Below, piece by piece: positions 30,329 through 40,251 of a stretch of 64,000 nt of DNA. The position numbers and the translations under genes were made by a program. Every line of letters begins with the position of its first letter. Within the stretch, counting starts at the first letter, position 1. The stretch comes from an uncultured Poribacteria bacterium (GTDB taxonomy: Bacteria; Poribacteria; WGA-4E; WGA-3G). The stretch lies in assembly GCA_951813565.1 (NCBI GenBank), contig OX638351.1, positions 4,768,001 through 4,832,000 of the forward strand. The letters are read 5' to 3'. The notes beneath the pieces were generated by a model. That model was given only the letters and a program-made list of their open reading frames with translations. It was not told where the DNA came from and did no database searches.

Positions 30329-31489
30329 ATGACAGATAAAAAAGAAAACGGACATCGCGGCTTACCTATTTGCACGCTCGGTGCAACAGGACACGGGAAA
30401 ACGACATTGACAGCGGCGATAGCAAAGGTCGTTGCAAGAATAGGGTCAATCCGTTCAAACATCGGAAATCAATTTGAACAACAAGTGCCTTTTCACCATC
30501 CTATCCGCGAAGGGGTTAGTATTACCTATCGTGCAATTGATTACGAAACCAGCGGCAAGTTCTATTCACAGGTGGACTGTGAAACACAGTTGGATATTGT
30601 CAAATTGTTGGTTAGTCGTTCATTTGCTATCCAAGGAGCAATTTGGGTGGTGGATGCTGTTGATGGTGTTACGCAAGCGTCTGAGGAACATCTTCGCATA
30701 GCGAATCAAATAAATATGCCTACAGTAATTTCCTTTCTCAATACACGAAATATAGCAAAAGACGATGAATTGATAGATATCTGTCGCCAAGAGATGCGTG
30801 ATTTACTCACTAAATATGAATGGGAAGAACAAACCAGTCCGATAATTGTCGGTGATGCCAATAAGGCTTTGAACTATAAAGGCGATCGGATCGGTTCTGA
30901 TCAGTGGAAACCAATTGTTGATCTCATATTTGCGATGAATCGGTGTATGCCAGCACCTATCAATCCTGAAAGTTTGCCGCCGATTATGCCGATCTATGAA
31001 ATTGTTGAGGAGTTGAAGGAACGTGTAACGGTGCGTGGTGAAATTGTACAAGGACATCTTGCTGTTGGACAAGCGGTAGATATTGTTGGTAAAGGCGATC
31101 GGATAAAGACAAAGTGTCTTAGCATTAAAGAGAACGAGGTGAGTGTTGAGTCTGAACCGGATTGGTTGTCTGTTGGACAGGTGCTGTGTCCACCGAAGAC
31201 TATAAAGGCGCATTCTGAATTTACTGCTCTCATCTATCTGCTTACACAAGAAGAGAGCGGCACACATATCCCACTTATTGAGAATGATAAACCTGAAATA
31301 CACTTATGGGGTATTGATATACCATCGCGTTTACAACTTCCACCAGATTTATCAATTGTTACACCCGGCGCGAATGCCCATGTTTCATTTGTTCTTGAAT
31401 TACCGCTTGCAATGGAAGTCGGCACAACATTTGAGGTGAAGAAAATGGGATCACGGATAGGACTCGGTGTTGTGACTGCGGTTGTATAA
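30329..31489 (+). CDS. Divergent EF-Tu-like protein with degenerate GTPase motifs
   Basis: HGKTTLTAAI, REGVSI, YET, SPIIVGDA, YLLTQEESGTH, PLAMEVG, IGLGVVT; collinear with EF-Tu. Confidence 0.85.
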   Translation: MTDKKENGHRGLPICTLGATGHGKTTLTAAIAKVVARIGSIRSNIGNQFEQQVPFHHPIREGVSITYRAIDYETSGKFYSQVDCETQLDIVKLLVSRSFAIQGAIWVVDAVDGVTQASEEHLRIANQINMPTVISFLNTRNIAKDDELIDICRQEMRDLLTKYEWEEQTSPIIVGDANKALNYKGDRIGSDQWKPIVDLIFAMNRCMPAPINPESLPPIMPIYEIVEELKERVTVRGEIVQGHLAVGQAVDIVGKGDRIKTKCLSIKENEVSVESEPDWLSVGQVLCPPKTIKAHSEFTALIYLLTQEESGTHIPLIENDKPEIHLWGIDIPSRLQLPPDLSIVTPGANAHVSFVLELPLAMEVGTTFEVKKMGSRIGLGVVTAVV

Positions 31490-31506
31490 TTTGCCTTTGA
31501 ATCGTA

Positions 31507-32214
31507 CTATCGCGCAGTGGTAATTGCATCACATAATGTGAGGTCACCAGTATACAAAGCACGCCCTATAATCGCGCCACTCGCACCGATTTCCTTCAAT
31601 GCTTCAACATCAGAAAGTGACGTCACCCCTCCTGAAGCGATAACATTTGCGGACACTGCTTTAATAATATCTGCAGTAGCGTCAACGTTAGGTCCTTTGA
31701 GCATACCGTCGCTTTTGATGTCGGTGTAAATAAGTGTTTGGACTTCAGCCATCTCCACAGCAAATTCAACTGCAGATTTTTGAGATACTTCTAACCATCC
31801 GTGTGTTGCGACCATACCGTCTCTCGCGTCAATACCTACAGCAATACGTTCCCCATATTTTTCACAGGCTTGTTTCACTAAACTCGGTTGCTTAAGTGCT
31901 GCAGTGCCTAAAATCACGCGGTGCACACCTAACGCCAAAACGGCTTCCAACTGCTCCATATCTCTTATACCGCCTCCAAGTTGAATAGGGATGTCAAGTA
32001 CATCAACCATCTCACGGACAATGTGTAGATTTGCCGATTCACCCTGAAACGCACCATCTAAATCAACAAGGTGTAAGTATTCTGCGCCTTCTGCATGCCA
32101 CCGCGTTGCCATTTCCACAGGTGAATCTGAAAAGACAGTCTCCTGTTCCGCGATTCCCTGTACCAGATTTACACACTTGCCACCACGTAGGTCTATTGCC
32201 GGTAAAATTTGCAC
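31507..32214 (-). CDS. hisA: ProFAR isomerase (histidine biosynthesis)
   Basis: ILPAIDLRGGKCV, LHLVDLDGA, QLGGGIRD, YTDI..DGML.GPN, IASGGV. Confidence 0.96.
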   Translation of the reverse strand: MQILPAIDLRGGKCVNLVQGIAEQETVFSDSPVEMATRWHAEGAEYLHLVDLDGAFQGESANLHIVREMVDVLDIPIQLGGGIRDMEQLEAVLALGVHRVILGTAALKQPSLVKQACEKYGERIAVGIDARDGMVATHGWLEVSQKSAVEFAVEMAEVQTLIYTDIKSDGMLKGPNVDATADIIKAVSANVIASGGVTSLSDVEALKEIGASGAIIGRALYTGDLTLCDAITTAR

Positions 32215-32229
32215 TGTTGTTCCTTTCCA

Positions 32230-33129
32230 CTATTCTTCTCGGAAGATTCCGAGTAACTTCAATTGCGCTATTGAGATAATAGCGATAATGATAAATAACA
32301 CCCATCCGATTGTTGCTGCGTAGCCGAGACGCATAAACTGAAAGCCGTTTTTGTAAAGATACATCACAATGGTTGAGCCAGCATCAGCAGGTTCACCGCC
32401 ATTCGTTAAAATATATGGCAGGTCAAAGAGTTGAAATGAACCAATCATAGATACGACAATCACAAAGGCAATAACTGGTCGTAAAGAGGGGAGCGTGATA
32501 TGCACAAACGACTGCCACCAATTCGCACCGTCGACCGCCGCTGCCTCATACAATTCCTGTCGAATTCCTTGTAATCCTGCTAAAAAGTAGATCATGTTGA
32601 ATCCTGCCCACTGCCAAACACCTGTTAGTATAACCGCAGGCATTACATATTTACCCTCACTTAGCCAGCCTATTTCCTTACCAAATAGTATAAATTCATT
32701 GTTGATTAATCCGGCGCGTTGGTCATAGATAAGATTAAATATAATTGCAACAAATACACCAGCAACCAGGACAGGGGCGAAGAAGGCGAGTCGCAGAAAA
32801 TTCTTTCCTTTAACGAACTTTGCGTTGAGCAGAATTGCGAGTAGTAATGCTATCGGTAATTGGAGTATGAGCGTGCCAAGTGCAAAATATGTCGTATTCC
32901 ATAGTGATTTCCAGAAAATCGGGTCACGAAATAGGTCTGTAAAGTTACTGAAGCCAACAAAGATTCTACTTTGGAATCCGCGCATCTCATAAAAACTCAT
33001 GATGAGCGATGAGATTAGCGGGTACCCCATAAAGATTACAAAGAGAATATAAAATGGCGCAATAAAAAGATAAGGAGCGACTTTCTGTTGCTGATTCCAA
33101 AAGTTATATCTATTCCGTTCCGTTTTCAT
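32230..33129 (-). CDS. Carbohydrate ABC transporter permease
   Basis: ELYEAAAVDGANWWQSF EAA loop; multiple TM helices. Confidence 0.93.
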   Translation of the reverse strand: MKTERNRYNFWNQQQKVAPYLFIAPFYILFVIFMGYPLISSLIMSFYEMRGFQSRIFVGFSNFTDLFRDPIFWKSLWNTTYFALGTLILQLPIALLLAILLNAKFVKGKNFLRLAFFAPVLVAGVFVAIIFNLIYDQRAGLINNEFILFGKEIGWLSEGKYVMPAVILTGVWQWAGFNMIYFLAGLQGIRQELYEAAAVDGANWWQSFVHITLPSLRPVIAFVIVVSMIGSFQLFDLPYILTNGGEPADAGSTIVMYLYKNGFQFMRLGYAATIGWVLFIIIAIISIAQLKLLGIFREE

Positions 33130-33144
33130 CAGTAACTCCTAATT

Positions 33145-33418
33145 TAACGTGATTTTGATATAAGAAATTGGTTCATCACGTAGATCCAATTGAACCAAGA
33201 CAGACCCAACGTAACACCCAAAACGTCAGTCTTTGCTCCAGCGGAGCAATATGTCTATAGCAGCTATCCGAACCGACGTTTCCGCTCCAGCAGAGCGGTC
33301 CGTAATTTTATCACACATAGCACTCCGCTGGAGTGCTGGAACATATCCGTCATCAAATATGCGATAGCGTGATATTATTGTGTTGGATTTCTCTAACCTA
33401 CATGTCGAACTCACGTTA
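33145..33418. mobile_element. MITE/REPIN (TAACGTGA...TCACGTTA) with GCTCCA/GCGGAGC palindromes
   Basis: Terminal inverted repeat and internal repeated hairpins. Confidence 0.55.
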
Positions 33419-33443
33419 ATTTATAGTAAAACCTATAATTATA

Positions 33444-33811
33444 CTATACTTTGGACAATTTTAGCTGTTTTCGTGAGGTTGGGTTAGAGAAAAACATATA
33501 GTTTTCATATTGGACACCTGTCGCCCCGCTGGGGCTGAAGCGGGTTGTTTACCGCGTTTCTATACACCTATCGCCCCGCTGGGGCTGCCCAAAAGGTATT
33601 TTTGGACGAGTTCTTTCAGCAAGCAAAATCGCAGAAAATATAAATAATATAAGATGACACCTTAGCCCCAGCGGGGCGACAGGTATATAGAAGAAGGTAA
33701 TTGCCGCTGTCTAAAGCCCCAGCGGGGCGACAGGTGTCCAATATTTTGCTTTGGACACCTAACAGTTTCTCAGCAAGTCCTCGAACAATATGTAAATTGT
33801 CCAAACTATAG
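33444..33811. mobile_element. MITE with CTATA(C/G)TTTGGACA TIRs and four GCCCCGCTGGGGCT-type palindromes
   Basis: 10-bp duplication TATAATTATA at 33434-33443 and 33812-33821. Confidence 0.85.
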
Positions 33812-33819
33812 TATAATTA

Positions 33820-34723
33820 TAGTTAAAATCATAAATATATTTACATTTTTCCGTTTTTGTGATAATAGTTATATTATGAGATATTCACAAGACGGACGAA
33901 AACGCGTTCTTGATTTCATAGCAGATGGTAATAGTAAAGCAGAAACTTCTCGCAGATTTCAAGTTTCACGCCGTTGTATCTATAACTGGTTAGACGCAGC
34001 CGACCCTTTTACTTACGAAAAACCGGGGCCTCGTAAACCTTATCGGCTTGACCCAGAAGCACTCGCTGAACATGTCAAAGAGTTCCCAGACAGCACGCAG
34101 AAAGAACGCGCTGCACATTTTGGCGTGTCGCAGCGTTGTATCTGTTATCATCTGAAAAAGATCGGATACACACGTAAAAAAAGACATTCACCTACAAGGA
34201 ACAATGCGCTGTAAAACAGGATATCTATCGCGCTCAGCTTCAGATGGCACTTCAAAACGGAAAAATACCTGTTTTTGTTGATGAAAGCGGTTTTACTACA
34301 GAAAGTGTTCGGCAGTATGCTTATGCGCCGAAAGGAGTTTGCGTTACGGATAAAATCTCAAGTAATCGGTATAGAAGCACGACGCTCATTGCTGCGCAAA
34401 TCCAGGGGCGTTTTACAGCACCTGTGCTTTTTGAAGGTGCTTGTGATACGCTTGCCTTCAATGCGTGGCTTGAGAATGTGCTGTGTCCACTACTTGACGC
34501 ATCGCATGTTGTCATATTGGATAATGCGTCTTTCCATAAAAGCCAGCAAACAGAGGCATTGATTACTGCTTCCGGTGCGAGTTTACTTTTTTTACCTCCG
34601 TATTCGCCTCAACTTAATCCTATTGAAAGAGATTTTGCGAACATAAAGCGCAAATGGGAATACAATGCCGAAGCGTCAATTGACGAAATCATAAAAATGT
34701 CCAAGTAATTATGGTTTCCACTA
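33820..34723 (+). mobile_element. IS630 family insertion sequence
   Basis: TA flanks, imperfect TIRs, HTH orfA + DDE orfB. Confidence 0.9.
33876..34708 (+). CDS. IS630 transposase (orfA 33876-34214, orfB to 34708; probable -1 frameshift)
   Basis: MRYSQDGRKRV HTH; VDESGF, LDNASFH, LPPYSPQLNPIE; A7 run in CGTAAAAAAAGAC. Confidence 0.88.
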
Positions 34724-35066
34724 TAATGGGACACTTCTGTAGCGCAAACTTTATGAAGTTTAAGAAAATGAATCGGTAATTTTGCGAGGTTAGGAAACCT
34801 CGCCAGCAGAGGTGGACACATGGCTTGTGCAGACAGGAAATTACCGAATTAAAAAATTAATCTTCATTTAGTTTGCGTCTCATAAGGCACAAACTAAAAG
34901 TTTGTGCTACAACTTCTATTGTCCATTATCTTTCCAAGACAAGTTTAGCAAAGTGTCCCAATAATTTCAAAGTTCACTATACATAAAAATATTAGATGTT
35001 TATCTTTCAGTTTGTGGCGTTTGTAGTCGCGCAATTTATTGCGCCTCTTATATTTACAGTATATGC

Positions 35067-36422
35067 CTACATTTTCCCCCAACGTTCTTGATCTTTTGCA
35101 ATAATTGATCTGACCCTTTCAGCGAGTTCCGTCAAGGCTTGCCGAGGTGTCTGTTTTTCAGTAACGGCATTGAAAATCGCATCATTCAACAAATCCGCTG
35201 CTTCAGACCAATAGGGATTCTGATAGCGTGGCGGTAAATCGGGCGCAAGCTCAATAAACAATTCTCCAAGTGGCTGCCCTCCCAAGTAAGCATCTGGTTC
35301 TTTGTAAATTGGTGCGTCCCATGCTGCTTTGAGAGGTGGAATAATCCGCGTTGTTTCATAACGGTTAATCAGACCTGCTTTATCAAAATAGGCGAATTTC
35401 AGTAGTTCCCATGCCAAGTCTGGATTTTTGCACTGCTTTGTGATACCGATCATTGTACCACCACGTGTTGTGGTGCGTCTATCTCCTACTTCCCACGCTG
35501 GCATACCGATAGCCTTCCACTTACCTGTCATCTGTGGCACTTGACTTTTGAGGATACCGACATACCAATCCGGTGCGAGGATAGAAAGTATCTTACCGTC
35601 TTGCATTGCAGCGAAGTTGCTTGGATCACCATGCCAAGTCCCATAAACCGGCGTAGCGATTTTGTGTTCATTGAACAGCGATGTAAAAAACGCTAAGGTT
35701 TCAATTGCAATATCACTATCAATAACAACGTTTCCTTCTGCATCAAAAAATCCACCGCCTCTTTGCAGCAGCAGGTTAAAATAGTCGCTTTCTGTCTTGT
35801 TATCCAACACAATCGCATATTGGTCAATTTTACCGTCACTATCAAGGTCGCGAGTAGCTTTCTTCCCAGCAGCAATAAAATCATCCCACGTTTCAATATC
35901 GGTCATTTCAACACCGGCTGCTTTAAAAAGGTCATCTCGGTACAGCAGAACAACGGGATGTAAGTCATGTGGGATACCAAAGATTTTCCCACGGTATGAC
36001 CACGGTGTGAAGCGGCTGACGACAAGTTTATCCATCCAACCTTCACTTTCTAAACGGGGACGAAGGTCAACAAAACCAACCTCGTCTATATCTCCTTTTA
36101 AGAAACGACCAATAGATGTAATTTCCACTTCAACAACGTCCGGTGCACCAAAATCGGATAGCAGGGCGGTGAGAAGTTTATCGTGCATCGTGCCACCATA
36201 ATTGATGAGTTGAATGTTAATTTCTGGATGTAATACCTCAAAGATTGGCACGCGTGCCTGATATTCTTCGTAATGGGTGTTGGCGAAAATCCAAAATTCC
36301 AGATTTTCACCTTTTTCTTTCGCAGGCGCAAAAATGAAAAGGCAGGAGATGAGAAAAAGAACCAACATGACCATCGGTCCCTTGCCGAGTGGAAAACCCT
36401 CTATATCATAAGGAATACGCAT
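35067..36422 (-). CDS. Sugar ABC transporter substrate-binding protein
   Basis: APDVVE, GKIFGIPHD, LLYRDDLF, TWDDF motifs; start uncertain (ORF track extends to 36494). Confidence 0.88.
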   Translation of the reverse strand: MRIPYDIEGFPLGKGPMVMLVLFLISCLFIFAPAKEKGENLEFWIFANTHYEEYQARVPIFEVLHPEINIQLINYGGTMHDKLLTALLSDFGAPDVVEVEITSIGRFLKGDIDEVGFVDLRPRLESEGWMDKLVVSRFTPWSYRGKIFGIPHDLHPVVLLYRDDLFKAAGVEMTDIETWDDFIAAGKKATRDLDSDGKIDQYAIVLDNKTESDYFNLLLQRGGGFFDAEGNVVIDSDIAIETLAFFTSLFNEHKIATPVYGTWHGDPSNFAAMQDGKILSILAPDWYVGILKSQVPQMTGKWKAIGMPAWEVGDRRTTTRGGTMIGITKQCKNPDLAWELLKFAYFDKAGLINRYETTRIIPPLKAAWDAPIYKEPDAYLGGQPLGELFIELAPDLPPRYQNPYWSEAADLLNDAIFNAVTEKQTPRQALTELAERVRSIIAKDQERWGKM

Positions 36423-36550
36423 AAATGCCTCTAATGTAAGCCTAATTGATTTCAGCATTGTCAAATTTGACTTGACTTTTTCAAATTTAACCATTAAAAT
36501 TTATCAAATCATGTGTATTTTATCAACAAAGAAATGAAGGAGAATTTTAT

Positions 36551-36859
36551 ATGCCTACGTATGATTATAAGTGTCTTGAGTGTGATATTCAGTTTGAGAA
36601 GTTTCAAGGTATTACAGCACCACCGCTTGAAGAATGTCCTGAGTGTAACGGTAAAGTAAAACGACTCATCGGAGCGGGTGCTGGATTGATTTTCAAAGGG
36701 TCCGGTTTTTACATTACCGATTATCGGAGTGAAGGATACAAAGAATCCGCAAAGAAAGATAAAAACGCATCGTCAGACAAAAGCGAAAAAAGCAAGAAAA
36801 AAGAGAAGAAAACTGACACAAGTAGTGAATCAAAGACCAAGCCCAGTGACTCCGACTAA
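36551..36859 (+). CDS. FmdB family zinc ribbon protein
   Basis: MPTYDYKCLEC...CPEC...FKGSGFYITDY. Confidence 0.92.
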   Translation: MPTYDYKCLECDIQFEKFQGITAPPLEECPECNGKVKRLIGAGAGLIFKGSGFYITDYRSEGYKESAKKDKNASSDKSEKSKKKEKKTDTSSESKTKPSDSD

Positions 36860-36987
36860 ATGATAGTAAAATATGAGAATATACGTACTCCCTTGTAGGC
36901 GCGGTTTGAAACCGCGCCTATCGCAGTGATAAGAAAATCACGGTTTGATAATAATAGTTGCTAATACGCAACTTTTTAGGAGATGCT

Positions 36988-37932
36988 TTGCACAATCATA
37001 GCCACCAACATCACCATCACGAGGAAGAACATTCACATAACCATCAGACACATCTGCAGAAGAAATTTAAGATTGCGGTGTTTGTTACGTTTTTTGTCTT
37101 CCTTGGAGAAGTTATCGGAGGAATCTGGTCAGGAAGTCTTGCATTGCTAAGTGATGCTGCGCATGTGATGTCTGATGTGATCTCACTTCTGATAAGTTGG
37201 TTGGCTATCTATTTATCAACTCGTCCTGCAACATCATCCCGCACTTTTGGGTATCATCGCGCTGAAGTTTTCGCAGCGTTTCTCAACGGAGTGTCGCTCA
37301 TCGGTATCTCCGGTTGGATTTTTTACGAAGCATACAACAGATACAATTCACCTACTGAAATTAAGGTGACCGGCATGTTTATTGTGGCATGTCTCGGCTT
37401 TGTTGCGAATCTGTTTATCTTATGGCAACTGCATGGTGAAAGTCATGGCAACCTAAACGTTCGGAGCGCGGTGCTTCATGTGATAGGGGACACGCTTTCA
37501 TCTGTTGCTGTTGTCGTTGGTGGTGCGATTATATTTTGGACAGAATGGTACCCAATTGATGCGATCCTCAGCTTCCTCATCGGTGGGGTAATACTCTTTG
37601 GTGCCATTAATGTGACGAGAGAAGCGGTTCATATCCTGCTTGAGAATTCGCCGCGCAATGCTGACGCACACACTGTGGCTAAACATCTTTGCGATTTAGA
37701 TGCCGTTAAAGATGTGCACGACATGCACATTTGGTCATTATGTTCCAACTATAGCGCATTGAGCGCACACGTGGTCATTCACGAAAATACTACCCTTGCG
37801 CATGACCAGATTCTGCAACAAATTAACACCGAATTGCAACAACGTTTCGGGATTAACCATACAACCCTCCAACTTGAACAGGTTGCGTGTACACAAGCAG
37901 GAAACCTGCTTTGCAATGCGCAACACTCATAA
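36988..37932 (+). CDS. Cation diffusion facilitator (CzcD/ZitB-like)
   Basis: His-rich N-terminus, SLALLSDAAH, TFGYHRAE, NVRSAVLHVIGD, HDMHIW; TTG start after AGGAG (ORF track begins at 36958). Confidence 0.92.
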   Translation: MHNHSHQHHHHEEEHSHNHQTHLQKKFKIAVFVTFFVFLGEVIGGIWSGSLALLSDAAHVMSDVISLLISWLAIYLSTRPATSSRTFGYHRAEVFAAFLNGVSLIGISGWIFYEAYNRYNSPTEIKVTGMFIVACLGFVANLFILWQLHGESHGNLNVRSAVLHVIGDTLSSVAVVVGGAIIFWTEWYPIDAILSFLIGGVILFGAINVTREAVHILLENSPRNADAHTVAKHLCDLDAVKDVHDMHIWSLCSNYSALSAHVVIHENTTLAHDQILQQINTELQQRFGINHTTLQLEQVACTQAGNLLCNAQHS

Positions 37933-37957
37933 CCCTGCTTCTTAACAACTTAACCAT

Positions 37958-38566
37958 TTAACCGTGTTCTTCTTTTAAACGGTGTGCTTTCCGAATCAGC
38001 GAGACATCTTTTGAAAATCTTTGAGTTGCTCTGACGAGTCCGTCTACATGGGACACCATATCTCTTTCAACTTGCACAATGCGATTCATCAAATAAGGTT
38101 GGTTGCTTTTTTGTATGGCTTTTCTTATTATTGAGAGAAGGTACATATAGATCGTATCTGCTTCACTTCCCTCAATAGCGATTGCTATGGCAAACGCCTC
38201 ATCTAATGAAATTTTCCCACTTTCTACCTTCGATTCATGAGCATTGAGAGCGTCTATAATTTCTTGAATCGAAATATCAGGTAGTGGTGCTATCGGTGAG
38301 GAAGATTTTTCAGTGTTTCCAGCAGATATAGGCGTGTCAATTCCGAAAGCTTCTACACACAAAGCGCGACCGAAATCTACAAGAATATAGTGTTGCCACT
38401 CCTCGGTACTCATCCTTTCCCAAAATCGCGCTATCCGTTCATCAACATCCCCCAAAAGTAGTGCGAAAGATGCGTACAATTTGGCTTGTCGCAGTTCAAG
38501 GTCTTGACAAATATCAAAGAGTTCTTCTAAAGTCAATGGTTTTCCTTTCTTAAAAGTAGTAGGCAC
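37958..38566 (-). CDS. Ferritin/rubrerythrin-like protein
   Basis: E..Y / EEWQH / IE..Y / ..H four-helix pattern. Confidence 0.6.
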   Translation of the reverse strand: MPTTFKKGKPLTLEELFDICQDLELRQAKLYASFALLLGDVDERIARFWERMSTEEWQHYILVDFGRALCVEAFGIDTPISAGNTEKSSSPIAPLPDISIQEIIDALNAHESKVESGKISLDEAFAIAIAIEGSEADTIYMYLLSIIRKAIQKSNQPYLMNRIVQVERDMVSHVDGLVRATQRFSKDVSLIRKAHRLKEEHG

Positions 38567-38671
38567 ATGCCGTGTACCATAATTATCGTTAGATATAAAA
38601 CATTCACTGGTAGGCGCGCTTTGTGAGCGCGCGGGTGATGGGATCGTTTATTGTAATATCTACTATATCTT

Positions 38672-39709
38672 CTATATTTGAAGCGGCAAAGAAATTGCAG
38701 CACCAGACGATATACTCCGCGTGACCGCTTCCGTAAACTCCATATACTTAACCCCAGTGTCAAAATCGGTATGTGTGATAATCTCCTCACCGCGGATAGC
38801 ATTCACAAACTCTTCTTCTACTCGCCACGCACCTTCTTCCTCAGCGGGAATATCAATTTCATTCAATTCATCGTCTTCTTTTTGACCACCGTAGAGTTTA
38901 TTTCCTGAGAATCGCAAAGTCCCTTGACTGCCAAAAATAAAAACCTCAGGCGCACCAGCCAACCCAGTTACTGCAGAGATTTGCATGTGAAGTTGTGCAC
39001 CGCAGGCAAGTTCACCGACAACATCAATATGTTCAGGAATACGGACTGCCCGCATGACACCTTCAGCATCAGGACGCATTTTGACGAACGTTTTACCTAT
39101 TGCCATAATTTTTGTTGCTTCTCCGACCCAGCGCATCAATGCCTCATACCAAATTCCCATACTCATGATATTCATGCCACTGAGATCAAAATCTTGCCGC
39201 CACTGCAGCGGTGATTCGCTATCCAGAAACGCGCCGCCTGCACACACTTCAATGGCAAGCACGTCTCCGATATACCCTTCAGCAATCAGACGTTTTATTG
39301 TTTTGTCAACTCGGAGTGTCATCGGTGAAGGAACAATCTGCGCGGTAAGTCTTGATTTCCGACGTGCCATCATACGCATTGCGTGTGCTTCACGGGCGTT
39401 CATTGCCATTCGTGCCTCACACATCACATGCTTGTTTGCCATAAGTGCTGAAACGGTTGCACGGCAGTGCATGTAGGGCCATGTTCCAATGACGATCGCA
39501 TTCGTTTCTTTATCGTCAATTGCATTCTGCCAGTTGTCGTAGATTTTAGGGATGCCGAACTCGTCCGCTACCCGTTGCGATGACTCACGACTCCGATTAC
39601 AAACGCCAATAATCTCAACGTCATCAATTGCTTGTAGTCCTGGGATATGTCGTGATGTTGTGTTTCTGCCTGCGCCAATGATACCGACTCGGACTGTTTC
39701 TGATGCCAC
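38672..39709 (-). CDS. Gfo/Idh/MocA family oxidoreductase
   Basis: VGIIGAG, IVIGTWPYMH, KHVMCEARMA. Confidence 0.92.
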   Translation of the reverse strand: MASETVRVGIIGAGRNTTSRHIPGLQAIDDVEIIGVCNRSRESSQRVADEFGIPKIYDNWQNAIDDKETNAIVIGTWPYMHCRATVSALMANKHVMCEARMAMNAREAHAMRMMARRKSRLTAQIVPSPMTLRVDKTIKRLIAEGYIGDVLAIEVCAGGAFLDSESPLQWRQDFDLSGMNIMSMGIWYEALMRWVGEATKIMAIGKTFVKMRPDAEGVMRAVRIPEHIDVVGELACGAQLHMQISAVTGLAGAPEVFIFGSQGTLRFSGNKLYGGQKEDDELNEIDIPAEEEGAWRVEEEFVNAIRGEEIITHTDFDTGVKYMEFTEAVTRSISSGAAISLPLQI

Positions 39710-40134
39710 TTAATTTGCTCCTTCACCTTCTGTATTGTAATTTTGATTTTATCAGAAAATCGCAGTCCTGTCAAGGGAACTTCTTCAACAAGGTGTGTAA
39801 AGTTTTTGTAGAAATCCGCACAACTCCTATTTTAGGGGGGGAATGCCAAAAGGCATTCATACCCGGTGAATGACTAAATGTCGTTCATACCGTTGATTTC
39901 TTGATTTGGTGCCTGCTGCCCGTTGCATGGCACGTCCTGCGCAGTAGCGGGACAGGGACCCCGCCCTACAGTGGAAAACGCCGCGTAATCATTGCAAATT
40001 GAACCTATGTAACCAATATTTACACACCTTTTTCTGCAGATTTTCTTGACATTCCTGATAATACCAAGTATAATTAACGAAAATCGTGTAATAATAACCA
40101 ATTTGCCACGGTTTTTGATATTAGCATGATATAA

Positions 40135-40229
40135 GATAATGAGATTCGTTATCAATTTACAATTAACTCTCAAGTCTATTTGGAATTTGATTTGACGGAC
40201 TATCTAATATGATATTGAAACTCAATATC
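40135..40229. promoter_or_regulatory. Two Fur boxes upstream of the iron uptake cluster
   Basis: GATAATGAGATTCGTTATC (40135-40153) and GATATTGAAACTCAATATC (40211-40229). Confidence 0.8.
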
Positions 40230-40251
40230 ATATTAGATAGGGTTTATATTT

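Larger units (their letters stand above)
33424..34979. mobile_element. IS630-related host MITE carrying three nested insertions
   Basis: Ends and core match 2915-3349 once 33444-33811, 33820-34723 and 34753-34867 are removed. Confidence 0.8.

Noticed and set aside
33510..33740. Four GCCCCGCTGGGGCT repeats as a possible CRISPR array
   Set aside because: Two direct plus two inverted copies with irregular spacing inside a MITE; no cas genes
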